Part shown: one piece after another, positions 63,577-64,000 of the stretch | Layout: every line of letters begins with the position of its first letter | Numbering within the stretch: position 1 is the stretch's first letter | Source: Haliotis cracherodii | Lineage: Eukaryota | Reading direction: 5' to 3' | NCBI RefSeq assembly: GCF_022045235.1 | Contig: NW_027266265.1 | Span: 29,450,001 to 29,514,000, forward strand | Length of the DNA: 64,000 nucleotides | The notes under the pieces: model-generated | Databases searched by the model: none | Seen by the model: only the letters and a program-made list of their open reading frames with translations | What the model was told of the DNA's origin: nothing | Position numbers and translations under genes: made by a program

Positions 63577-63790
63577 ATGAATTGCCTACCCATACTAGTC
63601 TGCCTATCACTGGCAGTGATGGTGAGTTGCGAATATCTCTCCATGAAGTACCAGACAGAGAATTATGAAAGTGCTGTAAAGGCTGAAAGTCAAGCTTCAC
63701 TGAGACACTTCAGGCCCCGCTACAGCTACGTCGACTACTCGGGAGACTGCTGCAGTAACAGTAACAACAACTGTGGATGGGCTCGATATT
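63577..63790 (+). CDS. SPH-5 exon 1 (recent duplicate of SPH-4; remainder beyond the window)
   Basis: 214-nt exon, same length and phase-1 donor (T|gtaagt) as SPH-4 exon 1: MNCLPILVCLSLAVMVSCEYLSMKYQTENYESAVKAESQASLRHFRPRYSYVDYSGDCCSNSNNNCGWARY. Confidence 0.85.
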
Positions 63791-64000
63791 GTAAGTAATC
63801 AGTGCAATTATTCATATATTATTACATACAATTCACGAATCTTGTATAACAAAGTAACGGCTAAAGCCAACTGATTATTCACCCCAAACAGACGCTCATG
63901 CCAGATCAATAGTTTCTTTTCGCGAACACTTGGTATTATCACTGTTTAATAAAAAGAGCACGGAATTCAAATTTACCTGTAGATTGTCTTCTCAAAGCCT

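Larger units (their letters stand above)
60157..63946 (+). repeat. Second copy of the SPH-4 upstream block (carries SPH-5 exon 1)
   Basis: High identity to 44682-48146, with an extra segment of about 300 bp at 62083-62397. Confidence 0.9.

Overview
AT-rich animal genomic DNA with GT-AG introns and many SINEs. The SINE repertoire suggests a gastropod mollusc, possibly abalone (inference only). The core of the window is a cluster of six multi-exon genes for secreted, catalytically dead trypsin-fold (S1A) proteins. The ORF track only shows them in fragments; I assembled them by hand from splice sites and intron phases. SPH-0 (minus strand, 4739 to off-window) encodes a signal peptide, a six-Cys clip/beta-defensin-like module and a serine-protease-homolog (SPH) domain. 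SPH-1 to SPH-4 (plus strand, complete, 512/462/485/408 aa) and exon 1 of SPH-5 belong to a different family: signal peptide, propeptide ending in RxxR, Tyr/Arg-rich Cys module, Thr mucin stalk, compact SPH domain and a basic IxLG tail. In SPH-1 to -4, His57 is Asn, Asp102 is unrecognisable and residue 195 is Ser/Ala/Ser/Phe, yet the R|I-x-x-G activation site and Asp194 are kept. The cluster grew by tandem segmental duplication (SPH-2/SPH-3; SPH-4/SPH-5 upstream blocks). Other features: a Penelope-like element with a minimal hammerhead ribozyme that was hit twice at the same 10-bp site by I-clade LINEs, a templated inverted insertion bracketing SPH-2 coding exon 6, RLE-type LINE fragments, four SINE families, TA-flanked MITEs, minisatellites and two N gaps.
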